Shown: one piece after another, positions 35,901 to 64,000 of the stretch
Position numbering within the stretch: the first letter of the stretch is position 1
Layout: every line of letters begins with the position of its first letter
Assembly (NCBI GenBank): GCA_002269645.1
Contig: NIVC01001446.1
Coordinates: 224,579-288,578, forward strand
From: Macrostomum lignano
Lineage: Eukaryota
Direction: 5' to 3'
DNA: 64,000 nucleotides
Notes under the pieces: generated by a model
The model's input: the letters and a program-made list of their open reading frames with translations, nothing else
What the model was told of the DNA's origin: nothing
The model's database searches: none
Program-made: the position numbers and the translations under genes

Positions 35901-37170
35901 CATCGTTTAAAAAACAAAAATAATTAGTAAAACAAAGTTTTTACGTTTACTACTAGTTAAGATACATTTTTTAAAAAGAACTTTAATATATTGTTTGAAT
36001 ATTCAATTTATTGTCATAACTTAGCAAAGTAACTTTATTGACTATTTAGCGTAATTTACGTAATGGTGTCGTACATCAATGCTTTTGTATGCTGAGCTGA
36101 AAGCTTGAACAAGTACAGTTAAGAATTGTAAGCAGATGATTGTGCTTGGAGGTTGTATTTCCTCCGGTTACGATAGATGTACGCTAGCCAAAGAATTTGT
36201 ACGCCAGATGTACGCCAGCTAAAGCATTTGTACGCCAGAATTTTCCGGCGTATACTACACCTTCCGCAATATGGCCTTTCTATCTGTCCACACTCAGGAA
36301 AGTGTTACACATGAGTGGGAAAATATTTTAACATAGGCCTAGTCATATGTATAGTGCATGAAGCTAAAATAAAAATTTGTGTTGCCAAGTCTTACATAAT
36401 TTGTTTATTGACATACAAGTGTATATATATAGTATAGAGCACTAATAATATGCAATAGTACTAAAAATCTAATAAAAATTGGATTTATTAGATTTAGTTA
36501 AAATTTAAAATAATAGATTAATTTTGTTAATTTTTAGGCTTTTTTAAATTTAAAACTTAATGTTTTAAGCTCATATTAAAAATTATTTAAAAAATTGACT
36601 AAAATTTTATCATTAATTATGGTAGGCCTAAAGTGTTATTTAGAATATTAATTATTTTTAATTTATTTATTAAATTTAATTTATTAAAAACTATTATCTA
36701 ATTGACACGAATTCATTCAATTATACCCTGAAAAAATGTGTCTAAAAGCATATTTCATGCAAGGCATATATAGATTATATATTTTAGGTGACCTATTATG
36801 AGTTAAATGCCCCTATGCTATACCAGACCAGAGAAGATCCTAACCCTGGTCTAACTTCCTAAGGCCTAATACATAAAACAGTTTTACAACTTTGTCTTTA
36901 GTCATAAATGCCACAACTGCTAGCCAGAAAAGTCAATAAGCAGCTTTTACAGTAACTACTAATGTTTCAAGATTATCAAGATAAACATTTAAGCTTGGTT
37001 ACCTCAGCAAATTGTTCATCCTTTTGTCCAGGAAAAGTTGGAATTTTTAGCTGTTGTAGAGCTATTTTCAAATCGCTGGTACTGATTTTTCCATCATTTG
37101 TTACGTCTAGCTTCTTAAAAAGCTTAAAAATCCTCGCCTCCTGCTCAGGTGTTGGCTCTCGAAGTGGCAT
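23943..37170 (-). CDS. SCaMC: Calcium-binding mitochondrial carrier (SCaMC / ATP-Mg:Pi carrier, SLC25A23/24/25 family)
   Basis: Exons 37170-37003, 34366-34152, 34055-33944, 27139-26936, 26330-26029, 25650-25487, 24217-23943, all GT-AG and in phase. EF hands ([33 protein letters not shown]) then three carrier repeats ([28 protein letters not shown]; [16 protein letters not shown]). Confidence 0.95.
24255..25445. repeat. 27-30-bp minisatellite with identical 30-bp core block, SCaMC last intron
   Basis: CTCGAATCCCAAAGAATCACTCCCACACAA identical ~19x (24810-25390), diverged units either side. Confidence 0.97.
25720..26036. repeat. 23-bp minisatellite containing the 5' splice site
   Basis: Minus-strand unit (T)GTGTACAG|GTTAGTTGTT(T/G)AA(C/T) x~14. 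Confidence 0.95.
26400..26885. repeat. ~22-bp degenerate minisatellite, SCaMC intron 4
   Basis: GGGGAAATCCAGGTGGGGAAATCA variants. Confidence 0.9.
27778..28622. repeat. 44-bp minisatellite
   Basis: GAGTCTTTGTGTGCCATTCCACACTATCTGAGAACTATCAGA(C/G)T x~19. Confidence 0.96.
29050..32085. repeat. Purine-rich composite minisatellite of 17-18-bp subunits
   Basis: GAGATAGACAGGGC(G/A)GA alternating with GAGGAAGACAGGG(A/G)TGGA; rare variants recur ~1 kb apart (e.g. GGAAAACAGG at ~30210 and ~31226). Confidence 0.96.
32467..32748. mobile_element. Short inverted-repeat element containing a 28S rRNA-like fragment
   Basis: 14-bp perfect IR ATTGCAGCGCATGG (32470-32483) / CCATGCGCTGCAAT (32727-32740), flanked by direct repeat CCCAGGCC (32459-32466, 32749-32756). 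Internal TACGGCGCGGCGCGG x2. Confidence 0.6.
32565..32635 (-). pseudogene. Diverged 28S rRNA fragment (domain IV, helix 69-71 region)
   Basis: GGGTAAACGGCAGGAGTAACTATGACTGTCTTA-TCAAGCTTAAAA-GCCTCGGCATCTAATTAGTTCCGCGC versus conserved eukaryotic 28S GGGTAAACGGCGGGAGTAACTATGACTCTCTTA-AGGTAGCCAAAT-GCCTCGTCATCTAATTAGTGACGCGC (from memory): 57/71 ungapped identity. Confidence 0.8.
32925..33830. repeat. 21-bp minisatellite
   Basis: CAGTCAGTGACAATCCACATT with CAGCCACTAACAATCCACA variants. Confidence 0.96.
35033..35591. mobile_element. MITE with CCATAGTCA… termini and 8-bp TSD
   Basis: Left CCATAGTCAGGAAGGTGGC; right end reverse-complemented CCATAGTCAAGAAAGTGGC. Flanks CCCTCGAT / CCCTCAAT. Subterminal GTGCGCC motifs. 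Confidence 0.85.
35699..36274. mobile_element. Related MITE with CCATATTGCGGA termini and perfect 8-bp TSD
   Basis: 12-bp perfect TIR extending imperfectly to ~45 bp. TSD CCTTTCTA (35691-35698 / 36275-36282). Subterminal GTACGCC motifs. Confidence 0.9.
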
Positions 37171-37788
37171 ATTTATTGTATTGCTCGATCATATTCGGCT
37201 ATTGAATGAAACAATTTAGTGATTTTTCAGACTCAATGAAAATCAAACTCTTTTTCAAGAAATCTTGTTTATTATTTAAAGGTATGTTCCTGGTATGTAT
37301 CAAATTTAAAAACTGTATAAGAATATTTAAACCAAACGCACTAGAAATACTTTTAAATTATGCTACTCTTTGTTTTGATTATTTGTTAAAACAATTCAGT
37401 AGCTATAAAGGCGAACTTTTAAATTTCGAGCCCGAGATACAGCTGTACAGTACTAAAAGCAAGATTCGTACCGCACTCGTTGTTACCGAAGCAGGCCTAA
37501 GCGAAAAAACATTGTACCGTCTTTAAAATAGTCTTAGATTTAGATTTCCTTTCTAACAATTGTCTGGAAGAAACGTTTCTAAATCCATAAACATGATTGG
37601 ATACAAATAAATTCATTTCGCGTTTTTTAATTTTGTAAATCTATCCAACGAAAGCTAGGATTCAGAGATTCATCTAAACAATCTCAAGCTAAATTATGGA
37701 ATCTTTGATTCTTCAAGCCACAAGACAGCTAGACAGCAGAGGAAATGGCTCCACATAGTTTGATTAGCCAGTCTAAATAACTTAGGAT
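37171..37788. promoter_or_regulatory. Probable shared (bidirectional) promoter/outron region of SCaMC and FAM102
   Basis: Divergent start codons only 618 bp apart; no specific motif identified. Confidence 0.5.
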
Positions 37789-54866
<17,078 letters not shown>

Positions 54867-54939
54867 TTTCTTTAAAGACTACTACTACTATTTTTAGTAA
54901 TTTTTAACACTCGACTACATTTCTTAATTCATGGTAAAT

Positions 54940-55163
54940 ATTTGAAGGCCGATTTTTGACTACAAAATGCATTAGTAAGATTGGTACCTGGTTGAAATGA
55001 CCTTCCGTAACTTCTCAAAGTCATTTTTAATCATTTAGGACGAGTTTTAAACCGTTGGATATGACCCAAACTATCTAAATTTTATTGGCCTGTAACTATG
55101 GATGGCGGTTTCATAACTTGTGAAACGATAGCTTTTCTCAAAGAAATCGATCGGCCTTCAAAT
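54940..55163. mobile_element. Possible small MITE
   Basis: 14-bp IR ATTTGAAGGCCGAT / ATCGGCCTTCAAAT; no TSD seen. Confidence 0.35.
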
Positions 55164-56464
55164 CAATTTACATACTTATGAAGCGTTACATGTTGCTATG
55201 CATGTCTATTTTTAGTATGTAACTACGAGCTAACTGTGTCAGTTAATGTCGTTTTGGATTGCCTCCAATCTCATTTTTAGGCTCCCTGAGCGACTGAGAG
55301 TTAATCCAGAGATTAAACCTCCAGATAATAGCTAGTCAAGCAGGTACAAATAATGGTTAATTTAATATTTTCTCAAGTAATCAACGTTACATTCAGTAAA
55401 ATTTCCGTAAGAAACATTTTTATTGAGAGTAAAAATTAATCTACAACTAAAGATATTTTTCGCAAATTTTGTAATTTTTGTACTGCCAAAACTGTGTAAG
55501 CTTTGCAGATTTTCATACCGTATTACTGTAAGTAGAGTATACGTGTTGTTAATCTTGTGTATAAATTAATTTTGATCAAATATATGCAGCGCCATTTCTT
55601 TAGATAAGAGCGCCTGTACATTGCATTCCAAGAAAAGATTTGCTTTTGAAGTACAATCAAAATCTTCTCTCAGCTCTGTTTGGTTCAATTTACAAAAATG
55701 CAGAACAATTAAAAAGGGAACTTGACATTTTTGCACACACCGTACATTAAATCATGGAATCGATGTTTAACAGAGTGATATATTTGAGCCTGAAATTTCT
55801 AAAGTAGCTTAATCCTTTTTTAAAATTTATTATTCTCAATTTTACCTGCAATTAAATCCGGCCGCGGTTTTGTGAAACTGCAGATATATTGTGTGTTTTC
55901 GTTTCATTGACATGTACCGAAATGTAAATTATATCCCATTCACGTCTAACACAATAAATATGTACAGTATTTAAACAAAAAACAGACGATGTAGTCAGTG
56001 GAAGAGCATTACAGCAGCCATAGCATCTGTACACATCTTCCATATGTACGTGTACGTTAAATTAAATAAAGTATCGAGATCGTCGTTCGTCAACACGGGG
56101 GGTGCGACCAGCACCTGCAGATGCCGTGAATGGGCGCCATAATTTTTATCAGCCTATATATTGGGGATGGGGGGGGCTGCAGCTCCCCTTACCCTGGCTG
56201 CTTCTGTCTCGCGGTGGACTTTACACATGTTCACGTGTAACACTCAATGAGCACTCACTGTAGCATAACAGGACGTAACTCGAATATCGTGTAAAGTTTT
56301 AAGACGGTTTCCTGGAAAAATATACTGTGAAGATAGGAAAAAATGTTAATCACAAAACCAATGATTGCAATTGAGGATCGAGGATTGAGGATATGACCAT
56401 TTCTTTAATTTAACATATTTCACGACATGTTAATGTGTTGTATATTATATAGTTTTGTAGTGAC

Positions 56465-56930
56465 GAGCTTTCGCGCTGTCAGCAGTTCGTCTACCTCGGC
56501 GGTCTGGGGCCAGCAGATGTTCGTGAGGACTTGCGACGTCGTCGCCGCGTAGAATTTCCTGGCCTGCCTTCCGTTCCGGACGGCTTGCAGTCCGAGGTCC
56601 TGCCTGACCGCCAGAGAGCGGCGTTGTTCCAGGCGGTGATCGAGACCGTCCTGTTGTATAACGACGAGACCTTGGAACGCTGACGGATGCGTTCGAACAG
56701 CAAGGTCGATGCGGCGTACGCTGGCCTGCTGCGCGCCGCCTATAGATCGGCTACGAGCATATCACCAATGCGGCACTCCATCGCCGCACCGGCCTGTTGC
56801 GCCGTCGGCGACTCCAGCTAGCAACTAGTAGTAGGTCACATCATCCCGAGACGCTTGACTTGGCTGACAAATAGACTTTGTTGTTGTTGTTGTTATTGTT
56901 GTTGTTGTTGTTTCATGTTGTTGTTGTTGT
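56465..56930 (+). mobile_element. Older degenerate 3' fragment of the same RTE-like family
   Basis: Aligns by eye to 58195-58580 (CAGCAGTTCGTCTACCT.GGCGGTCTGG; GCGGCG.TGTTCCAGGCGGTGATCGAGACCGTCCTGTT.TA.AAC), with indels and stops, and ends in a (TTG)n tail. Confidence 0.85.
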
Positions 56931-57304
56931 GTAGACTGAAAGTTTCATTTTTAAGTTTTGCTGCATGCTTCTTGAGGAACAAAACAAAAATTTCACTTGT
57001 GATCGTATCCTCAACTTGGCTTGGGCGATGAAAAAATATAAAAATGAAACTTCTCACACTGCACAACTATATCAACATGTGCACGCTAAAATGGTAATTA
57101 ATATTCACTGCCTCAGATCAAATTCAATCATAGATTTTGGGATGAAAAAATTGATTTTTCCTGTCGTCTCCACAGTGTTTTTTCCCGGATTATCAACCTC
57201 GTAAAAATTTACACGATCTTTGAGTTTTACGTACGTCGATCCTGCAGTTACTACAGATTGGTCCTTCTTGGTACATGTAAAATGTGTAGATGTGCAACAT
57301 ATAT

Positions 57305-58813
57305 TGCTACCCACCGAGGCGCTCGTCACTACCCACCGAGGCGCTGCGGATCCACTGCGTGGCCACTGAGGTCGCCAGAGTGATGAACCGCGTGCTTTCC
57401 GGTGAGGTGGCGCCAAACGAATGGACCACGGCGCACATCGTCGCCATTCCAAAGAAGCCGGGCACCACCAAGCTCGAGGAGCATCGAGGCATCTGCCTAC
57501 AGTCCTGCGCCGCGAAGCTGTTCAACCACATGCTGCTATCGCGGTTACAGCCTGTGCTGGACCCCTACCTGCGGCCTGAGCAGAACGGATTCCGGCCCCA
57601 TCGCGGCACAGTGACGCAGATCCTGGCTCTTCGGCGAGTCATCGAGGAGGCGCACATCCGCCAGTTGACCCTAATCCTGATCTTCGTCGATTTCAGGAAG
57701 GCCTTTGACTCGGTCGTGAGGGACGCGCTCCCAGAGGTGCTCCGTGCGTACAACGTGCCAGAGCTGCTGATTTCTGCTGTCATGGCGCTGTACCACGGCA
57801 CGACGGCTGCTGTCTCAACACCGGACGGCCTATCGGATTTCTTCGAGACATCCTCCGGGGTGCTCTGGGGAGATACGCTAGCGCCGTTCCTATTTATTCT
57901 GGTGCTTGACTGGGTGCTACGGACTGCTCTGCCTTCCAACGACGACGGCTTCCTGCTGCGGCGACGCGTGGGTCGACGCCAACCGGAGAGACGGCTCAGC
58001 GTGCTTGGCTACGCCGATGACCTTGCCCTGCTGTCCTCGACCGTCAAGGGCGCCCAACGACAGCTGGATAGGCTGGTTGCCGTTGCGGCGAGCGTCGGCC
58101 TGGTGGTCAACACGCAGAAAACCGTCGTGCTATGCGTGCCGGACGACACCGAGGCTGCAATCTTCTGCCGAGGCGCTAACGGACAGGCGAGTGAGCTTCC
58201 AAGATGCCAGCAGTTCGTCTACCTTGGCGGTCTGGTTCCCGACGTCCGCGAGGATCTGCGGCGTCGCCGAGGACTTGCCTGGGCTGCCTTTCGTTCTATA
58301 AGGTCAGTCCTGCAGTCCGAGGCCCTACCGGACCGCCGCTGTTCCAGGGCGGCGCTGTTCCAGGCGGTGATCGAGACCGTCCTGTTATACAACGCCGAGA
58401 CCTGGACGCTGACAGACTCGCTCGAGGCTCAAGTCGACGCGGCGCACGCTGGCCTGCTGCGCGCCGCCTTCAAGATCGGCAACGAGCGAGTCACCAACAC
58501 GGCGCTCTATCATCGCGCCGGCCTGGCCCGTCCTAGCGATCTGCTGCGCCGTCGGCGACTCCAGCTGGCAGGCCACGTCATCCGCGCTGAGGCCTACTGT
58601 CCGGAGCCGGTGCAGGAGGTGCTCCTACTTACGTTGCAGGCACCCTACCGGCGGGGACAGGCGAGGACTCGGCGCTACGTCGACTGTCTGCTGGCTGACG
58701 CCGGCGCCCCGGACTCTGCCGGCGGTGCGGCCTTTGTTCGCGCCCAAGCTTCGAAGCGCGCCATCTGACGCTGCTTTTGCGAACTGACAGCGTACTCTGT
58801 TGTTGTTGTTGTT
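57305..58813 (+). mobile_element. 5'-truncated RTE-like non-LTR retrotransposon with open RT domain
   Basis: ORF 57290-58768: EQNGFRPHRGT, IFVDFRKAFDSV, GVLWGDTLAPFLF, LGYADDLALL, FVYLGG. Short 3' UTR and (TGT)n tail 58798-58813. Candidate TSD ATATAT (57299-57304 / 58814-58819). No endonuclease domain. Confidence 0.9.
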
Positions 58814-59487
58814 ATATATGTGAATGCCTGTATGGTACAGAATTGAAGCACCCCGTAAAGAAATCCGACGTCAGGCGACGCATTCAGCGTAATATATATT
58901 AATGTTAATTTTGCTGAATGGCCAATTAAAAGCAAGTATTTTTTCATTTTCCGACAATTAAAAACGTTATACGTCGGCTTTACATCGATGCAATAAGAGG
59001 CAACAGCTGGTCGAAAAAAATTGAAGTCACTACCTAACTCGTTCACGGTTGCCATAATCCTTAGGGACGCAGGACCGTTCAAAAATTAGACTTTATGCAT
59101 GCATCTGTGCTTCACTGCCGGAAAACGCATGCATGTACCTGTGCTTGTAAGAGCATATTGGTGATATATTCTGATATTATAAAAAGGTCTCCTTTTTGCA
59201 ATCTGAATTTTGAATTTTTAAAGACCTTTATTGTTCTTATTTTTAGCTTTGCTCTAATATTATTTTGATCAAGCAAAGAACGTTAAAGTAATCGTAAATA
59301 ACGACTTTAAAAAATATCAACGTCTTCTAACCAATGCAGGTGTTTTTATTCAAAACTTGTAATTGTTAGACTTTACTCTACCGTTTCTGTTTCTGCACAA
59401 TGCTGTTACAGATGTATTATACAAATCTTAAGTGATACTTTTACTTTTAGGTATGTTTTATCAGTTTTTTATTATTATCAAGTAAAA

Positions 59488-62400
59488 ATGACTCGATCAA
59501 GCTCTCGAAACAATAAATCTAGAAGTCCAACTAAAAATGCCAAGGACAATACAGTACCAACTCGAGCAAAGAATCAGGACAACACAAAAGCGAGTAAAAA
59601 GTCCACTAAGAAAGAGGATCCGTCCGAGAATTTAATTATTGCAAACCATGTTAAACCTGTAAGCACTTTTTATTTTGTCTCCTGTCATTTTGTATATTTC
59701 TGTGTAGCAAATATAATTGCTATTCGATTTTCTGACTCCCACTTCGCTCAAACTTAATTTTTCTATTTTTAATCATAGGGCCTTTCTATGCCATAGTCCG
59801 GATCATGCTGGGTGCACGCCCAAACAAAAATTCAATAACTACAAATGCATGCCAAAAAAATTGAGTGCACGCCCATTCTCAAAACTATGTCAGTGTTGCA
59901 ACAATTAATGACTTTGACATTGTGACAATAAAAGACTTTTTTTAAGTTGCATAATAAACCCTTTTTGGCAAATATTTAGATTTTTTATGCTTATTTGGAG
60001 ATAGTATTTACAGTGGAAATTCAATACATGCAAATATTTGTTTAGCTATTTTGTTATCATCTTTTTTCTACTTCACAATAGCTCTTTTGCATGATTTTAT
60101 TAAGTCCATATGCTAGGTGTGCACGCATACTATTTTCTTAGGAGTGATGCACACCAATGGTGCACAACTACTTTTGGCATGCAAGGCCAATACATGTCCA
60201 ATTTTTTTGTGTATATTACATGATCCAAAGTGTGGTATCCATGTTCTATGGCGATGAGTCTATGACATTGTGGCTTTTTAAAACTATCAATTGTGATACT
60301 AAAACATAATTATTTTGAAAAGCATAACCTCTAAATTTAAAATTATTAGGTTTAGAAGGCTAAACCTTAAACCTAAGATGACTATCAAAAATGTAAAAAT
60401 AACCTAGATTTAAATAAATGGTATAGAAGTAATATTTTTCTAAATAAATTGCATTGAATTAATACTTGAAGAACTTAGAATTAAATAAACTACAATAATT
60501 TTTAGCAATATAAACTTCAATAAAACCTAAAAATTTAAGATGCTAATAACCTTATTATAGATATATGCAAATTTGGTAATAAACAAATTTGGCAATAGAA
60601 ATTTGATATACTCAACAAATTTTAACATTTTAACAATTTTAATACAACAAATTTGTTGAAAGTAAATTCGGCAACAATCTAGCAAATTCAGCAACAAGGC
60701 TTTTAAGTCAGATTTATTGATTATAACCAAGGCTTTAAATATAAGCTTTCTATTAGACCAACCCCTATTCCCTTTGTTAATAGTGTAACACATGACTTAA
60801 ACTTAAGTATAAGGTGGGCATGAGTGTATTTCTGTTGCAAAAAATGTAAATCAGAATAGAAGTACTATCAATTGATACATTTAGATTTCTATGGCAAAGA
60901 GATGCCTTAAGACTCTAGCTACTAAACTCTTACATGACATTTGATAGAAAAATGTTTGATTAAAATAGACATCATGCATCGTTAAGAATGAAACAAACAT
61001 ATCTAAGAAACTAAAGCATATTTAAAAAGTACTGGATAAATAATACATAAAACAAACTTGATTGAAAAGGAAATTTAATATATATATGCATTGTCATATA
61101 AGTGCCATTGTACCAAAAGAATTAATAAGCTATAGATTAGATTGAATTATTCTATTTCCTAATTTGACAAGATTTTTGCTAAATTTGCTTAAGTCCATTT
61201 GCATATAGAAGCTAGGTCGTAGGAAGGGAAATTTTATTTTAGTGTACAGTGGTATATAAGCATATATTCCTGATACTGGAATGTAAAGTCGATATAATTT
61301 TTTAATTTTTAACCAGTCTTTGATAATATATATGCTTAAAACTTTTGCAAAATCTTTTTTTTTACTTTTTAGGTTTGCTTTATTGCCTCCACAGCCACTA
61401 AAATCAAATAAAATAGAAAAAATACTTTAAAATAACTTTAAAAATCCTACTAAATTATTAAAGTCCTTAATAAGATTAGTTTTTGTTACCCCTAGTCAAG
61501 TACCAACCTTTAATATGCTTAATTATAATTACAAATCTATTTTTATAGCCTTTCTTATGTATTCTAGAGCAGTGTTCCCACTTTGGCACGAATTTGTACC
61601 ATGCCTGAAAATGAGGCAATATGGCGTGATGCGTGAATGCATAATTAATAAAGTTCAATGCAAATCTAAAAATGTGGAAAATTTGTGCCTAAATTGTAAC
61701 CCTTTTCCGCATTTTTGGATGCTTTTTTAGAAACTAATATGTTTTATAATTGCAATTTTGATTTAGAGAAATTAATAGTCTGATGCCCATGCTGTTGTTG
61801 CCATTTAATGTCTCAATGGGCATCATACTGCATTATAGCCTTAGAGGTAAAGAGTGATAGTGGTGCAAAAAATATCCATGGCGCAAAAATGAATGGCTTG
61901 GCACAAAAAAATGAAGGTTGCTGAGTGGGAACACTGTTCTAGAATTAGGACTTGCTATTATTGTTTTGTTGTAAAGGTTTTGGCTATTTTAGTTGTATTA
62001 GACCCTTTTGTATCAATAAATTATATGTATTACTTTACCAATATTCAAAAGTAGGAGTGTCTTTTTACTTAGGCACATAACAGTTATCAAATGCAATAAA
62101 AACACAAAAAGTAACTTTAAAATATTATTAGTCTCTGCACAGTAAAAAGTACAGTTGTATTATTAATGTTCTTATAGGCCTGCTTTTTATTGGATAATAC
62201 TGGTTCTGGCATTGCATCACAATAACCTATGGTTGTGAATTATTACTAGGTCATTACATGTGCACAACCTGTTAAATAACACCAGCTATGCAACTTAGTT
62301 AAAAGATAAACAAATCCTTAATTGATTGTCCTTTTTTCCTTAAGTAATAATTTTTCTTTGGTCTAATAGTTATGTTCTGTAACAATCAAAACATTTATTG

Positions 62401-63960
62401 ATTGTTTTTAATGGACAATTCTAATAAAGTTTTTAGGTAAACTATGCAAATAGTGGCTCAATTGTCTCATTAGATATCTCCTCAACTCTACAGCTTCATA
62501 ATGTCCTTCGCTTCTCCCTTTTCTTAGAAACGCGGCGCTGCCAGCAAGCAGCGGCAACAGAGCGGCGGCGGCGGTACAGCCGCTTCAAAAAAGAAGTCGG
62601 CCTCCTCAGCCTCTAGCGACCTGCAGGCCTGGTGCGTGTGCCGATCTACCGACATTGACAGATTTATGATCGCCTGCGACAAATGTGAGGAGTGGTACCA
62701 CGGCGACTGCATCGGGTCAGCTCGAAGGACGCGGCCGCTATTAACAAGTTCTATTGTTCAAAGTGCTTGAAAAAGCATCCGGGCTTGGCTATTCAGTATA
62801 AGAAAGGCCGGGCGCCGGTTGCCGTTCGCTCAGACTGGCTCAGCCTCCGGAAGCGCGGCCAGTCCCAGCAGGCCGGCTCCGAGGACAAGAAAACCGCTGC
62901 GGCCAGTTCTGCGAAGGCTTCAAAATCCGGCGCTAATCACAGCGGCCAGCCAGCAGCCAAGCGCAAGCGGGCATCCGAGGCGGCAGCAGCGGCATCGGCG
63001 CCGACTCCGCCAGCCAGAGGAAGAAAGAGAAAATCGGCGGCGACCACCGATTCACTTCTAAACAGGCCGCTGCAGTTGCTGCCGCTTCTAACGCCGCCGC
63101 TCGGCTGGTGAGCCCAAGAAGCGCGGCCGCCGGGCGCCAGTGCCGGCAAGCAGCAGCAACAACAACAGCAGGCAACAAAAAACTCACGGAAGCAGCAACA
63201 GCCGTCGATGCCAGCGCTGGTGCCCAATGCCAATGAGGATGAGGACGAAGACGATTTCGGGCTGCCGCAGGCGGAGGACCTTCTGCTGCCCGCCGAGCGC
63301 CGCAGCCGCTCCTCGGCCGCTTCGTCCACCGAGACCGACGACGATCATCGGCGCGGCATCTCCGACGACGACGACGACTCGACGACTCGGATTTTGGACG
63401 ATGACGACATTGACGATGGTTGGGCGTTGGCGGCGCTGGCGACGGCCCAGCTGCCAGACGCTGCGGCCGGTGCGCGCCCTGCTTCGGGTCAGCGACTGCG
63501 GCCGCTGCGACTTCTGTTTGGACATGCCGAAATACGGCGGCAGGAATCGCCTGCTGGAGCGGCAGCGCTGCGCATGCGCCAGTGCGTAACGCTCGACTTA
63601 GCGCTCAACGCCGCAGGTCGTCGCCGACGTCGCAAAGCCGCCGCCGTCCGGCCGTCCGGGCCGGGCCGGGCTGCCAGGCAGCCGGCCGCAGCCACCTCCG
63701 CCAGCCTCTGGTCCGACACTCCCGTGCCCTACGCTCTGCCTACGCCGACCAACCTACTGCCGGCATCACGGTCGCGGCGGAACCGCTGCTACATCCGCCG
63801 GTGCCGCTGCAGGGCTGCGCCTCCGCCAGCCCCCCCGCGCGACGGGAGCCGTGGCGTCCAGTTGCGCAAATCCGCCTTGACCGCGCGCCGCTGCCGCCGC
63901 CGACATGGTTGGATTCTACACTCTGCATCCGGAGTCTGACAATCTCGACATACCTGGCCC
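59488..63960 (+). CDS. CXXC1: CFP1/CXXC1-like PHD + CXXC zinc finger protein (frameshifted in this sequence; 3' end unresolved)
   Basis: Exon 59488-59658 (GTAAGC donor) joins in phase to acceptor at 62527. PHD: WCVCRSTDIDRFMIACDKCEEWYHGDCIG/VSSKDAAAINKFYCSKC. Acidic stretch, then CXXC: RRCGRCAPC/RVSDCGRCDFCLDMPKYGG..RQRC/MRQC. At least four single-base frameshifts (~62715, ~63423, ~63482, ~63570). Confidence 0.82.
59791..60251. mobile_element. Probable third CCATAG…CTATGG MITE
   Basis: Ends CCATAG / CTATGG, GGATCATG near both ends, internal GTGCACGCC motifs. No TSD recognisable. Confidence 0.45.
61570..61936. mobile_element. hAT (Charlie-like) non-autonomous element
   Basis: 13-bp TIR CAGTGTTCCCACT / AGTGGGAACACTG. 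8-bp TSD TTCTAGAG / TTCTAGAA, fitting the NTCTAGAN target typical of Charlie-type hATs. Confidence 0.88.
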
Positions 63961-64000
63961 AAGGATGCTGACGCGGAAGTATAAGCTATTCTATATCTGC

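Overview
Eukaryotic, intron-rich genomic DNA. It is most likely a macrostomid flatworm such as Macrostomum lignano, inferred from a near-complete flatworm spliced-leader (SL) sequence and from introns filled with minisatellites. Five host genes can be reconstructed by hand from splice sites and protein motifs: mitochondrial isoleucyl-tRNA synthetase (IARS2, minus, 3' end beyond the window), an AP180/PICALM ANTH clathrin adaptor (minus), a Ca-binding mitochondrial ATP-Mg/Pi carrier (SCaMC/SLC25A23-25, minus), a FAM102/EEIG NT-C2 protein (plus, head-to-head with SCaMC) and a CFP1/CXXC1-like PHD+CXXC gene (plus, several single-base frameshifts that look like consensus errors). Most introns carry their own private tandem repeat, and most long ORFs in the supplied track are artefacts of these repeats. 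Mobile DNA includes a 5'-truncated Ty3/gypsy LTR retrotransposon, two RTE-like LINE fragments and several MITEs. The strongest candidate for a new system is the gypsy element in FAM102 intron 1. Its 910-bp LTR contains 42 of the 44 nt of the flatworm SL exon about 29 nt downstream of a TATA/poly(A)-like motif, and it carries an accessory intronless J-domain (DnaJ, HPD) ORF in the env-like position, with a plausible splice donor/acceptor pair to express it. Other highlights are a short inverted-repeat element carrying a diverged 28S rRNA fragment scrambled at the R2/I-PpoI/Pokey target site, and a minisatellite made of tandem copies of a 5' splice site. All reference sequences (SL, 28S, protein orthologues) were compared from memory; no searches were run.
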